Of a stretch of DNA of 64,000 nt, positions 52,537 through 64,000 are shown in pieces. The stretch's first letter is position 1, and each line of letters starts with the position of its first letter. The DNA lies in NCBI RefSeq assembly GCF_030028105.1, contig NC_092383.1:50428961-50492960 (forward strand), written 5' to 3'. The notes below the pieces were generated by a model. It was not told the origin of the DNA and ran no database searches. It saw nothing but the letters and a program-made list of their open reading frames with translations. The position numbers and the translations under genes were made by a program. The DNA is from Mobula birostris. Its lineage: Eukaryota.

Positions 52537-54657
52537 AACATGCAAATCGGGAGGGTATGCACTAGGGTTTGAGAATTCCTCCTCAGACATGAAAAAGATA
52601 GATATAAATAGCTTTTTATCAGCCTGCAGGCACAATCTACTGATTTCCAAACGAATTGAGGCCCGAGCTCCAGCTATTCCCAATTTCTGTCTCGAATATA
52701 AACGAGGGAACCAGAATGAACTTTCAAGTTTCTAGACGTCATAGTGATTTGGTTAATAGTGCGAGCTGTGTGGATATTCCAACTTCACAACAACGAGACA
52801 AATTGGTTGGTGGTATAAAGACATGATGACTTCAATTTAACGTGGATAAACATTCAGTTATCCGCAATGGATTAAAATTAGAAAGTACCATTAGTTTCTT
52901 AAAGGTCGGAAAATGGAAGGTGCAACGAGACCTGAGCAAGCGTTTATACCAGTCATTGAAAACAAGCATTGATATGCAACAGGACACAAAAAAGCTGATA
53001 AAAATGGGCGCTAAAAACCGACCGACAGCTATACGAGTTTTCATTAGGAAATTTAGAGATTTCTTTACAATTTGGCTTGCTATTCAATGAACAACGCTTT
53101 GAAGAAGGTTCAAAGGAGATTCACTGCTTGTTATTTTCTAAAGGCTTGCCAGGAAAGATGTAAACCCTTTAACCTGTCAGATGGAAATAAGTCCAGGACG
53201 CGCCTATTGGCTCAGGGTGTCTGACCCTCCATGGGAGGAGCTGCAAAATTCGATGGCCACAGGCAGGAACAACCTCCCATGACGCCCAGTGTTGCATCTC
53301 GGTGGAATATGGCTGGAGTCCAACAGCAAAAAGTTCAATATCCGGGCTACAAACACGTTCCTTGATCGTAATATGATCAGGATTGCACCATCTGTTGTTT
53401 ACCAGAACAGACAAATGCGAGAAGGAAATATACTTTATGGCAATTCGTAATGATAGGTTAGTAGAAACAACTAAAAGAAAAGGCGCCAAAAATTACATTT
53501 TTCAGTCTTGTGCACATAATATTTTAATACGTTGGAGCTCACTCCTCCGATTCCATCTACAACGTCCTTCCGAGACTTCGCCCATCATCCGAACCGTCGA
53601 GGTCCGGTATCTGCCGCCCTGGAACCGCGATCCGTTCCCTCACGTCTGTCCTCTCCGTTAGCCTCCCGAAAAAAACACGCGATCCTCAGCTCAGCGCACA
53701 CATACAAGATAGCATAACATGACTTCCAATTGAATACAATTTCCATTATCACTAATTACAACCCAAGCATGCTGCCACAGAGAACCCCTTACTCAGCAGT
53801 TACCAGTACGAGAAGCTATTTTATTATAACAGTTCAGAGAAGCCATTTTGTAATAAGCAATTAACAGTTAACAGTCCATCTAATATTACTGAGAACCCTA
53901 CATTCTCTCCCCCACAGAATTAAGTCATGCCCTTATGAAGTTCAAGTAATTTGCCATCTCTACCTGCAGAACACACAGCCCAATCTACGTGCAGAAAGCG
54001 GTGACATGACCCTTCAAAACAGTAGAGATCACACCCTGTTCCCCGGGTGCTACATCGACTAACCTCTCTGGGGGTTCCGACTTCTCTGAGACCTATGTAC
54101 CCCCTCTTCTCACTGTTACGCCTCGGACACTAAAGGGAGACTTTGAAACTACGAGGCGAACCATCCCCCTAGCCGTCGCCCAAGCCCCTCTGCACCACAT
54201 AACCCTCTATCTCTGGTTCAGGCACGACATCCTCTCCTTCAGCGCCCTGCGGTACCACAGACTGCCCCTCACTAGCCCCTCTTACCCCGTCTACCCCAGT
54301 GGGGGAAAGGTCAGGAGTCTCGTCCTCCATCGCGGGAGAATAAGCAAACGGCAGAATGTACCAACCATTCCAGTCATCATCCTCCGAGTCAGTATCCCTC
54401 ACAGGGGCTGGGCCCGGGCCCGTCTCTACTGGGGTAGGCACGTCCTCCAACCTGCGGGGACGCAGAGTCCTGGTACTGGGTGAAACCGCCTCATCAGGTT
54501 TCCGCTCCATCTGTACATTTTGCCCCAGGGGCAACAGGTGATTCCGATGGAGAATCTTGAAAGGCCCCTTTCCATCCTCAGGCCATACCCGGAAAAGCGG
54601 TAGGTTTGGCATCTGACTCTCCACCACAGAGGGCGTGGCTGCCCAGCGATCAGTCAA

Positions 54658-57579
54658 ACAGCAGGAATTCTGCAGATGCTGGAAATTCAAGCAACACACA
54701 TCAAAGTTGCTGGTGAACGCAGCAGGCCAGGCAACATCTCTAGGAAGAGGTATAGTCGACGTTTCAGGCCGAGACCCTTCGTCAGGACTAACTGAAGGAA
54801 GAGATAGTAAGAGATTTGAAAGTGGGAGGGGGAGGGGGAGATCTAAAATGATAAGAGAAGACAGGAGGGGGAGGGATGGAGCCATGAGCTGGACAGGTGA
54901 TTGGCAAAGGGGATATGAGAGGATCATGGTACAGGAGGTCCGGGGAGAAAGACAAGAGGCTGGGGGGAACCCAGAGGAGGGGCAAGGGGTATAGTCAGAG
55001 GGACAGAGGGAGAAAACGTAGAGTGAGAGTAAGAATGTGTGTATAAAAATAAATAACCGATGGGGTACGAAGGGGAGGAGGGGCATTTGCGGAAGTTTGA
55101 GAAGTCAATGTTCATGCCATCAGGTTGGATGCTACCCAGACGGAATATAAGGTGTTGTTCCTCCAACCTGAGTGTGGTTTCATCTTTACAGTAGAGGAGG
55201 CCGTGGATAGACATATCAGAATGCGAATGGGATGTGGAATTAAAATGTGTGGCCACTGGGAGATCCTGCTTTCTCTGGCGGACAGAGCGTAGGTGTTCAG
55301 CAAAGCGGTCTCCCAGTCTGCGTCGGGTCTCGCCAATATATAGACGGCCACATCGGGGGCACCGGACGCAGTATATCACCCCAGCCGACGCACAGGTGAA
55401 GTGTCGCCTCACCTGGAAGGACTGTCTGGGGCCCTGAATGGTGTTGAGGGAGGAAGTGTAAGGGCATGTGTAACACTTGTTCCGCTTACAAGGATAAGTG
55501 CCAGGAGGGAGATCAGTGGGAAGGGATGGGGGGGACGAATGGACAAGGGAGTCGCGGGCGGAACGATCCCTGCTGAAAGCAGAGAAAGGGGGGAAGGGAA
55601 AGATGTTTTTGGTGGTGGGATCCCGTTGGAGGTGGCGGAAGTTACGGGAATAATATATTGGACCCGAAGGCTGGTGGGGTGGTTGGTGAGGACCAGGGAA
55701 ACCCTATTTCTAGTGGGATGGCGGGAGGATGGAGTGAGAGCAGATGTACGTGAAATGGGTGAGATGCGTTTGAGAGCAGAGTTGATAGTGGAGGAAGGGA
55801 AGCCTCTTTCTTTAAAAAATGAGGACATCTCCCTCGTCCTGGAATGAAAAGCCTCATCCTGAGAGCAATGCGGCGGAGACGGAGGAATTGCGAGAAGGGG
55901 ATGGCATTTTTGCAAGAGACAGGGTGAGAAGAGGAATAGTCCAGGTAGCTGTGAGAGTCTGTAGGCTTATAGTAGACATCAGTGGATAAGCTGCCTCCAA
56001 AGACAGAGACAGCAAGATCTAGAAAGGAGAGGGAGGTGTCAAAAATGGACCAGGTAAACTTGAGGGCAGGATGAAAGTTGGAGGCAAAGTTAATAAAGTC
56101 AACGAGCTCAGCATGCGTGCAGGAAGCAGCGCCAATGCAGTCGTTGATGTAGCGAAGGAAAAGTGGGGACAGACACCAGAATAGGCACGGAACGTAGATT
56201 GTTCCACAAAGCCAACAAAAAGGCAGGCATAGCTAGGACTCATACGGGTGCCCATAGCTACACCTTTAGTTTGGAGGAAGTGGGAGGAGCCAAAGGAGAA
56301 ATTATTAAGAGTAAGGATTAATTCCGCTAGACGGAACAGAGTGGTGGTAGAGGGGAACTGATTAGGTCTAGAATCCAAAAAGAACCGGGGAGCTGTGAGA
56401 CCTTGCTGATGGGGGATGGAAGTATATAGTGACTGGACATCCATGGTGAAAATAAAGCGGTGGGGGCCAGGGAACTTAAAATCATCGAAAAGTTTAAGAG
56501 CGTGAGAAGTGTCACGAACATAGGTAGGAAGGGATTGAACAAGGGGGAATAAAACCGTGTCAAGATATGCAGAACCGAGTTCGGTGGGGCAGGTGCAAGC
56601 TGAGACAATAGGTCTGCCAGGACAGGCAGGTTTGTGGATCTTGGGTAGGAGGTAGAAAATGGAAGTGCGAGATGTGGGAACTATAAGGTTGGTAGCAGTG
56701 TATGTGAGATCCCCTAAGCGGATAAAGTCGGTGATGGTGTGGGAGACAATGGCCTGGTGCTCCTTAGTAGGGTCACGATTGAGGGGTAAATAAGAGGAGG
56801 TATCCTCGAGTTGTCGGTGTGCCTCGGCAAGGTAGAGGTCAGTCCGCCAGACTACAACAGCACCCCCCTTATCGGCAGGTTTAATAATAAGGTTAGGATT
56901 AGTGTGGAGGGAGTGGAGAGCAGAGCGTTCTGAAGGAGTGAGGTTGGAATGGGAACAAGGTGCGATGAAGTCGAGACGGTTGATGTCCTGTCGGCAGTTA
57001 GCGATAAAGAGATCCAGAGCAGGCAGAAGACCAGAGTGGGGTGTCCATGAAGAAGAAGAGGGTTGAAAACGGGAGAAAGGGTCATCGGTGGCGGTGGAAG
57101 TGTCCTTGCCGAAAAAGTAGGCTCGGAGACGGAGACGGCGGAAGAAGATTTCCGCATCGCGGCGGACACGGAACTCGCTGAAGTGTGGGCAAAGGGGGAC
57201 AAGGGTAAGGCCTTTACTGAGGACAGAGCGTTCTGCCTCCGACAGTTGAAGGTCGGAGGGGATGGTAAAGACCCGGCACGGATGAGAGCTAGGATCAGAG
57301 GGGGGAGAGGGGAGGCTGGGGGTGTCAATGGAGAGGGGAGGGTTGGGGTGAGAGGAACATGGAGCCTCTGAGGGCCCAGGAGCTGACGATGGGATCTGAA
57401 GGAGACGGGATTGCAGAGTATTGGTGGGGGAAGGGGAGACGGGAGTCACAATAGCAGCACATAAATACCCGGCCTGGAGTTCAAGGAGTTGCTGGTTGCG
57501 CAATCGCTTTGAAGGTGTCCATGGTCGTTGCTGGAGTCCGGGTTTTGAATATGCCCTGAGGTGTTGGAGCCGTCAATTT
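54658..57579 (-). mobile_element. Penelope-like retroelement (RT + GIY-YIG endonuclease) nested in the Gypsy integrase
   Basis: RT KPADKGGAVVV, YLLPKIHK, GRPIVS, GVAMGT; endonuclease VIYCVRCPRCGRLYIGET; TSD gcgatcagtcaa at 54646-54657 and 57580-57591. Confidence 0.95.
54753..54790 (-). ncRNA. Minimal type I hammerhead ribozyme in the Penelope 3' repeat
   Basis: tagtc-CTGACGA-agg gtctcgg cct-GAAA-cgTC-gacta; perfect stem I and intact core. Confidence 0.78.
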
Positions 57580-60500
57580 GCGATCAGTCAATTTGTGTTT
57601 TCCAGGTAATCCCAGATTCCTGATGAGGACTCGGTCTCCCGGCAGGGGTTAAGAGAACTTTACTTCCTGGTCATACCTCCTCATATTTTCCGATTCTGTC
57701 GGGTTGCCGCCTCCCCGGCCAACTCGTAAGCCCTTTACAGTTCTTTCCTCATATCAGACACATACTTCAAGTAAGGCTTCGGTGACACCTCACCCGCATC
57801 AGTCCCGAAACAAAGGTCAATGGGCAACCTTGCCTCGCGCCCAAACATAAGATAATAGGGCGAGTAATCAGTATCTTCGATGCGGGTACAGTTGTAACAG
57901 TGAACCAGACGCATAATATGTCGACTCCAACGATTCTTCTTGCTGATCTCCAGAGTCCCAAGCATGTCTAGCAGAGTCCTATTAAACCTTTCCGGCTGGG
58001 GATCGCCCTGCGGATGGTAGAGTATGGTCCTCCATTTCTCAACCCCCAGCATGCCCAGTAACTCATAGTTGAGCTTACTCCCTAAGTCTCGACCCTGGTC
58101 ACTATGTATCTGCCGAGGAAGGCCATATTGGACAAAACCCATAGACCTTTCGCCACTGTAGTCGCCCTCTGATCCTTTGTAGGAAAAGCGTGAGCACACC
58201 TGGTGTAGTGGTCCGCGATGACCAATACATTCGCCGTGTTTCTGGCATCAGGTTCTATGGCCAGGAAATCCATACACCAGGTCCAAAGGCCCCGCACTTT
58301 GCAAGTAAGACAAAGGGGCAGCCTGCCCGGGCAGGGTCATCCGCCGTATGAAGCGAATGCAGGACTTGCAGTACTCTTCAACCTCCGTCCTCATTCTGGG
58401 CCAGTAAAACCGATCCTTGAGCAATCCATAGGACTTTTCCACCCCCAAATGTCTAGAGACAGCATGGAGGGACTTCAACACAACCTTCCTATACTTCTCC
58501 GGCAGGACCAGCTGCCAACAGCGAGGTCGGTCCGGGGTTGGCGTTATCCGGTATAACATTTGGTTCTTCAATCTCAACCGAAGCCATTCTCTCAGTAACA
58601 GAGACACTGAACGGTGCTTAGCCTTCTCCGCCCGTGTCACATCCCCTCTTCCACGGCGTGCCAGACAGGGCCACTGTCCGTGTCATCTCGCTAAGCAGCG
58701 GTCACTTCCCCAGGGCTTAACCCCGGCAGTTGCGTGGTCTTCAGAGCGGTCATGTCACAGTAAACTAGGGACAGGGCGTCAGCGGACGCCCCCAATCTGT
58801 CCACAGCTCGATCTGGCCTCTCTTTCTCCTCAGCCTGTACGGTGATAGCAACTGACACATTGCCTTCGCCCCGGATGCAGGAATACTCTCCCACTCCACG
58901 TCCTTCTCCAGCTCCTCATGCCCCGTCGGAGCAGGGCTTCCGCGTCGACATTCCGGCCCCCCGGCCGGTACTTCAGGCTGAAATCATATACAGACAAAGC
59001 TGCCAGCCACTGATGGCCTGTTGCATCCAGTTTCGCTGAGGTCAGGATGTAGGTGAGCGGGTTGTTGCCTGTCCTCCCTCAAACATGGCCCTGTAGAGAT
59101 AGTCACTCAGCTTATCCACCACCGCCCACTTCAAAGCCAGGAACTCCAACTTGTGAGTGGAATAGTTTCTCTCCGAGGGTGAAAAACTCTGGCTGACAAA
59201 CGCTACAGGCCTCAGCCCGGCGCCTGAGTCAGCATCTCCTTCAGTGACTGGAAAGCTGCTTCACATTTGTCATCCCATCTCTGTTCAAAGGGTTCTGACG
59301 GGTTCAAATATTCTCCAACCTCCCGTCCTTTCCTCCCTTTCCCCCTCTGTCCCATGGGAGGGTAGCCACGCAAAAGCTGGTTCAAGGGATGACTCAGCTT
59401 GGCGTAGCCCTCCACGAATCTCCGATACTACCCACAGAACCCTAGGAACGAGCGCAGAGCGCTCATGGTCTGGGGCCTCGGCCAGATGGTTATCGCCACG
59501 ATCTTAGCCGGATCAGTAGATACTCCATGCTGCGAGACCATGTGTTCAACATAGCTAACAGACGTCTGGCAGTACTGGCACTTGTCCCTTCCTGCTTCAG
59601 CCGGTTGAGCACCTTCATTAGTCTCGCTTCGTGTTCTTCCAAGGTGGATCCAAATACTATGAGGTCATCCAAATATACTAGCACTTCGAGCAGGTTCATA
59701 TCCCCCACTGTCTTCTCTATGGCCCCCTGGAAGGTGGCAGGGCCCTCCGATATGTCCTGGGGCATCCTTTCGAACTGATAAAATCCCAAAAGCCGTCTTC
59801 TCCTTATCGGTCTCACTCATCCGGATCTGGTAATAACCACTCCTCAAATCCCACACGCTAAACCACTTCACCCCACTCAGACGGGCCAGCGCGTCTTCGA
59901 CCCGGGGACCGTGTACTGATCAGGGAGCATGCGCCTATTCAGTGTTCTATATTCCACACACATGCGTACCTTCCCATTCTTCTTTCGGGCCACTACAATA
60001 GGAGACGCATAAGGGCTTCGGGACTCCGTGATGATCCCAGCTTCCTTCAAATTACACAAATACTGCCGCACGTCTTCCACATCTGCAGGGGCCAGTCACC
60101 ATGATCGTTCTCTAAACGGAGTATCCTCAGTCACCCGTATAATATGGCGAGTGTTTCTGGAACAACCCACATCCCAAACGCGTCAAGGTAAAAAAAAAAA
60201 CATCTGTCATCGTCAACATCTTCTCCACCAGCTTCCGCTCCAACCCTCCGGCATAGGTGATGACCCAAAGTTAAAAGCTTCAGCGGTCAACTTAGGCCTT
60301 TTTCTCGACAGCTCTCACCCAACTGGCCTCACGGGGGCGCTATGCATCACCGTCACGGGGAACAAATGGGCCAGAGGCATCCCTCGCTTAAAGGTGACCT
60401 CTCGTGCCGTAGTGTTCCTGACGATCACCACTAGCCTGAGTGCCCGTACCACCGAGGGCTTCTGCAACTCGGGTCTCACCAGCACCCCAGCAGGGAATCT

Positions 60501-61752
60501 CTACTCCCCCTCGAGATCTTTCACTGAAAGGGCTTCACCCTCAGACACTCCCGGGAATCTAGGGATCCCCATCACTCTCGCTACTTCACCGGGCCGTACC
60601 ACCCTGGGCTTCGACTGGGTACACCACACAGCGCCTCGTTCACAAGCAGCATCCAGCCCAGGGCGACCACTTCCTTCATCCTTCAAAAACAATTGGACTC
60701 GCTCTCTAAAATCTCCGCCCCCCAACTTCGGGCAAATCCTCTGGTGTCCCTTCAGACCCTTCCTCCGGGACAGTGTGCACGCCCCAGAGCCACGTCTCAC
60801 CGAGGTCACCCATACATGGCCGCAGTCCCAACTCCTTGACGTCAGCACCAGTCTGTACCAGCACAAAGGCTGAGTCCCCCGATTTAACATTCTTTCTGCT
60901 TACAATTTCAACCTTCCCGAAGCTCTGACCGTACTCAAACATCGAATTAACGTATCGTCTGGAGTACGCATATCCACCCCACTTAATACGCAGGCATGAT
61001 TAACCGGAACTTCCTCGATCTCACACCAAAGTTCAATCTTATTCGAGTCCATCTCTTCTAATTTAAACGGGCGACTTACACCGTATCCTACAGAATTCAG
61101 ATCGCAGACGAGCAACCCACGCTCTTTAACCCCACCTGACTCCCGTTGTCTCGGGTGAATAGCCGTCGACCCCCGGCCAAACAGTGTAAACGCTTGGTAC
61201 GGATACGGTGTCAGATCCCCAAATGTCAGCAGCGACACTAATATCAAAGAATAAAGTGCGAGTAACGAAATATACTTTATATCAATTTGTAATGATGGGT
61301 TAGTAGAAACAACTAAAAGAAAAAACGCCAAATAAGTACATTTATCAGTCTAGTGCACATAATATTTTAATACGTTGGAGTTCACCCCTCCAATTCCATC
61401 TACAACGTCCATCCGAGACTTCGGCCACCCTCCGAACCGCCGAGGCCCGGTATCTGCCGCCCTGGAACTGCGGTCCGTTCCAGCACGCCCGTCCTCTCCG
61501 CTCGCTCCCGAAAAAGCCTGCGATCCTCAGCTCAGCACACACATAAAAGACAGCATAACATAACTTCTATTGGCTAGCAAATTAATACAATTTCCATTAT
61601 CACTAATTACAACCCAAACATGCTGCACAGAGAACCCCTTACTCAGCAGTTAACAGTACGATAAGCCATTTTATTATAACACTTCAGAGAAACCATTTTG
61701 TAATAAGCAATTAACAGTTAACAGTCCATCTAATATTACTGAGAACCCTACA

Positions 61753-63898
61753 TTCCCTTTAGGAAATCATGCTTACTTTGCCCTATTTTACCACACGCCT
61801 CCATCTATACCGAAACCTCATCCTTAACAAACGATCCAAAATGCCACCTGCCACTGAGGTCAGGCGAACCAGCCTATAATATTCTTTCTTCTGCCTCCCT
61901 CCCTTCGTGAAGAATAGAGCGACAGTGCAATTTTCTAGTGCTCCGGAACCATTCCAGAATCTGGCGAATCTTGAATGATCATTACTAATGCCTCCACAAT
62001 CTCTTCAGCCACCTCTTTCGGAAACTTAGGGGGTAGTCCATCTGTTCCAGGTGACATATCTACCTTCAGACCTTTCAGCTTCCCCAGCACCTTCTCCCTC
62101 GTAATAGCAACTGCACTGTCCTCTACCCCCCGACATGCTAGACTTCCGGCTTACTGCCAGAGTCTTCCACATTGAAGACTGACGCAAAGCACCTAATGAG
62201 CTCGTCTGTTATTTCATTGTCTTCTATTACCATTTGTCCAGCATAACTTTCCAGTTGTCCAATATCTACTCTCACCTCTCTTTCACTGCTTGATATTATT
62301 GACCAGTTTACCTTCATATTTCATCATTTCCCCCCTTTCAATTGCCTTCTATTGTTGTTTAAAATCTTCACAAACCTGTACCTTCCCACTGATTCTTGCT
62401 CTATAACATGCCCTCACTTTTGCATTTATGTATGTTGGTTTTGACTTCCAATATCAGTCACGGTTTAGAAAACTTTTTCTTATTTTGGATGTATCTGTCG
62501 CACCCTTTCAGAATTGCTCCGAGAAACTCTGGCCAGAGTTGCTGTTCTGCCGTTATCTCTTCTGGCATCACTTTCCTATCAAATTTACCCAGCTACTATC
62601 TCATGCTTCTCTAATTCCCTTTACTCCACTATCATACTGATACATGACCTTTAGTTTTTCCCTCTGAAATTGCAGGGGGAATTCTTTCGCATTATGATCA
62701 CTGTTTCCTTAGGGCTCCTTTACCTTAAGCTCCCCAATCAAATCAAGTTTATTACACAGCACCTAACCCAGAATAGCTGATTCCGTAGTGGACTGAAACA
62801 TAGGATGCTCTAAAAAGGCAAGCCATCTCGTATTACTTCTACTAATTCTCTCTCTTGGGATCCAAAATCAGCACTAACCTGATTTTTCAAATATATCTAC
62901 ATATTAAAATCCTTCATAAGCGTGGCAAAATTGCTCTTTTGACATGCATTTTCTATCTACCCTTGTAATTTGCGGCCTAGATGGTGGCTACTGTTCAGAA
63001 GCTTTTGCATAACTCCTAACAGGATCTTTTTTTTTTTTTACCGTTGCTGTTCCTCGACTCTACCCACAAGGATTCTACATCTTCTGATCCTATGTCAGCT
63101 CTTTCTAAGTTTTTGATTTAATTTTTACCAGCGCAGCCACGCCACGCTCTTATCTGCTTGCCCTTTCGATGCAATGTACCCCTGGATACTAAGCTTCAAC
63201 CATAATATATTTTTTCAACCACGACTCAGAGATGCCTACAACGTCACACATGAGAATCTTCAACTGCACTACGAGATCATCTGCCTTATTCCATATTCTG
63301 CGTGCATTCAGTCCTGGATTTATCTTACTCTCGATTTTGTCCCCCAGTTACATTGTAGCTCACCTTACTGACTGAAAATTTACGCTATCATCTACCTGTC
63401 CTTCCTGGCAGTCTCACTACACACTGCCTCCCCTTGGATACCAACTGCCTCATCCTCATTCCTATCACAGTTGCTCACCCCCTTGCCAAATTAGCTTAAA
63501 CACTCCCAATAGTTACGGCAAACGTGTCGGCAAGGACCCCTCGCGTTGAGGTGTAACCCGTCCCCTTTGTGATGTCATACCTTACTCAGAAGAGATACCA
63601 ATGATCCAGAAAAGTGCACCAGTTCCTCAGCCATGCATTCATCTGCCAAATTATCATATTCTTACCCTTATTGGTGCGTGGCACAGGCAGCAAGCCAGTG
63701 ATTAGTACAAGGTACACTGGAGATCCTGCTTTTCAGCTTTCGACCTAACTCCCAACATTCTCTCTTCAGGATTAATCGCTTTTCTCATCTCTGCCATTTG
63801 CACCAACAGTTCTGTCAGCTCACCCTCTATCCATTGACCCGATCCCACTTCCCTTACCCTTGCACCTGGGAGGCAACATACCATCGAGGTGTTTCTAT
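61753..63898 (-). mobile_element. Old degenerate CR1 (ORF1 end, endonuclease, start of RT)
   Basis: Colinear with 19740-21990; MVCCLPGARVR remnant. Confidence 0.8.
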
Positions 63899-64000
63899 TG
63901 TTACGTACCCCATAACTGGGTTGCCAAACCAGCAGAAATGGATCACTCAGTTGGAGTCTGGATTACTAGAACTAAGAAAGGTTTATTAAAGAAACAAACA

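Larger units (their letters stand above)
53415..61752 (-). mobile_element. Decayed Ty3/Gypsy LTR retrotransposon with two LTRs
   Basis: 5' LTR 61224-61752 (TG...CA); 3' LTR about 53415-53902, preceded on minus by PPT gggggagagaa. Gag start near 61031; RT (SPYASP, DLRSGYYQI, VYLDD); integrase (HLGVEKS..RFYWP, HSDQG, ERFNRTL, GKHKLTDRW). Confidence 0.95.

Noticed and set aside
63899-64000. Possible start of another LTR (tgttacgtacccc...)
   Set aside because: Cut off by the window edge; no second terminus or TSD to confirm it.

Overview
Eukaryotic, repeat-dense DNA with no prokaryotic features. The repeat set (CR1/HER1-like LINEs, V-SINEs, Penelope elements with hammerhead tails) suggests a cartilaginous fish, probably a ray; that is an inference. 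Most of the window is decayed, nested retroelements: L1, many CR1 copies, RTE, Penelope, a Gypsy element with a PNMA-like gag, a solo-LTR-like element and Tc1 remnants. These explain almost every long ORF in the track. The AT-rich unique spacers hide something the ORF track misses: 14 core and 2 weaker micro-exons of 12-36 nt (mostly 27 nt) on the minus strand, between 51570 and 3634. All are AG/GT-bounded, a multiple of 3 long, end in G and are open in phase 1. The core set splices into about 135 aa of E/K/L-rich, coiled-coil-like sequence with duplicated exon types (ELSK.., ..KC..D, DEELREKD.). This looks like the middle of a large micro-exon gene whose ends are probably outside the window; I cannot name it. 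Exons were found by eye and need RNA-seq confirmation. Repeat boundaries are approximate unless a TSD is quoted.
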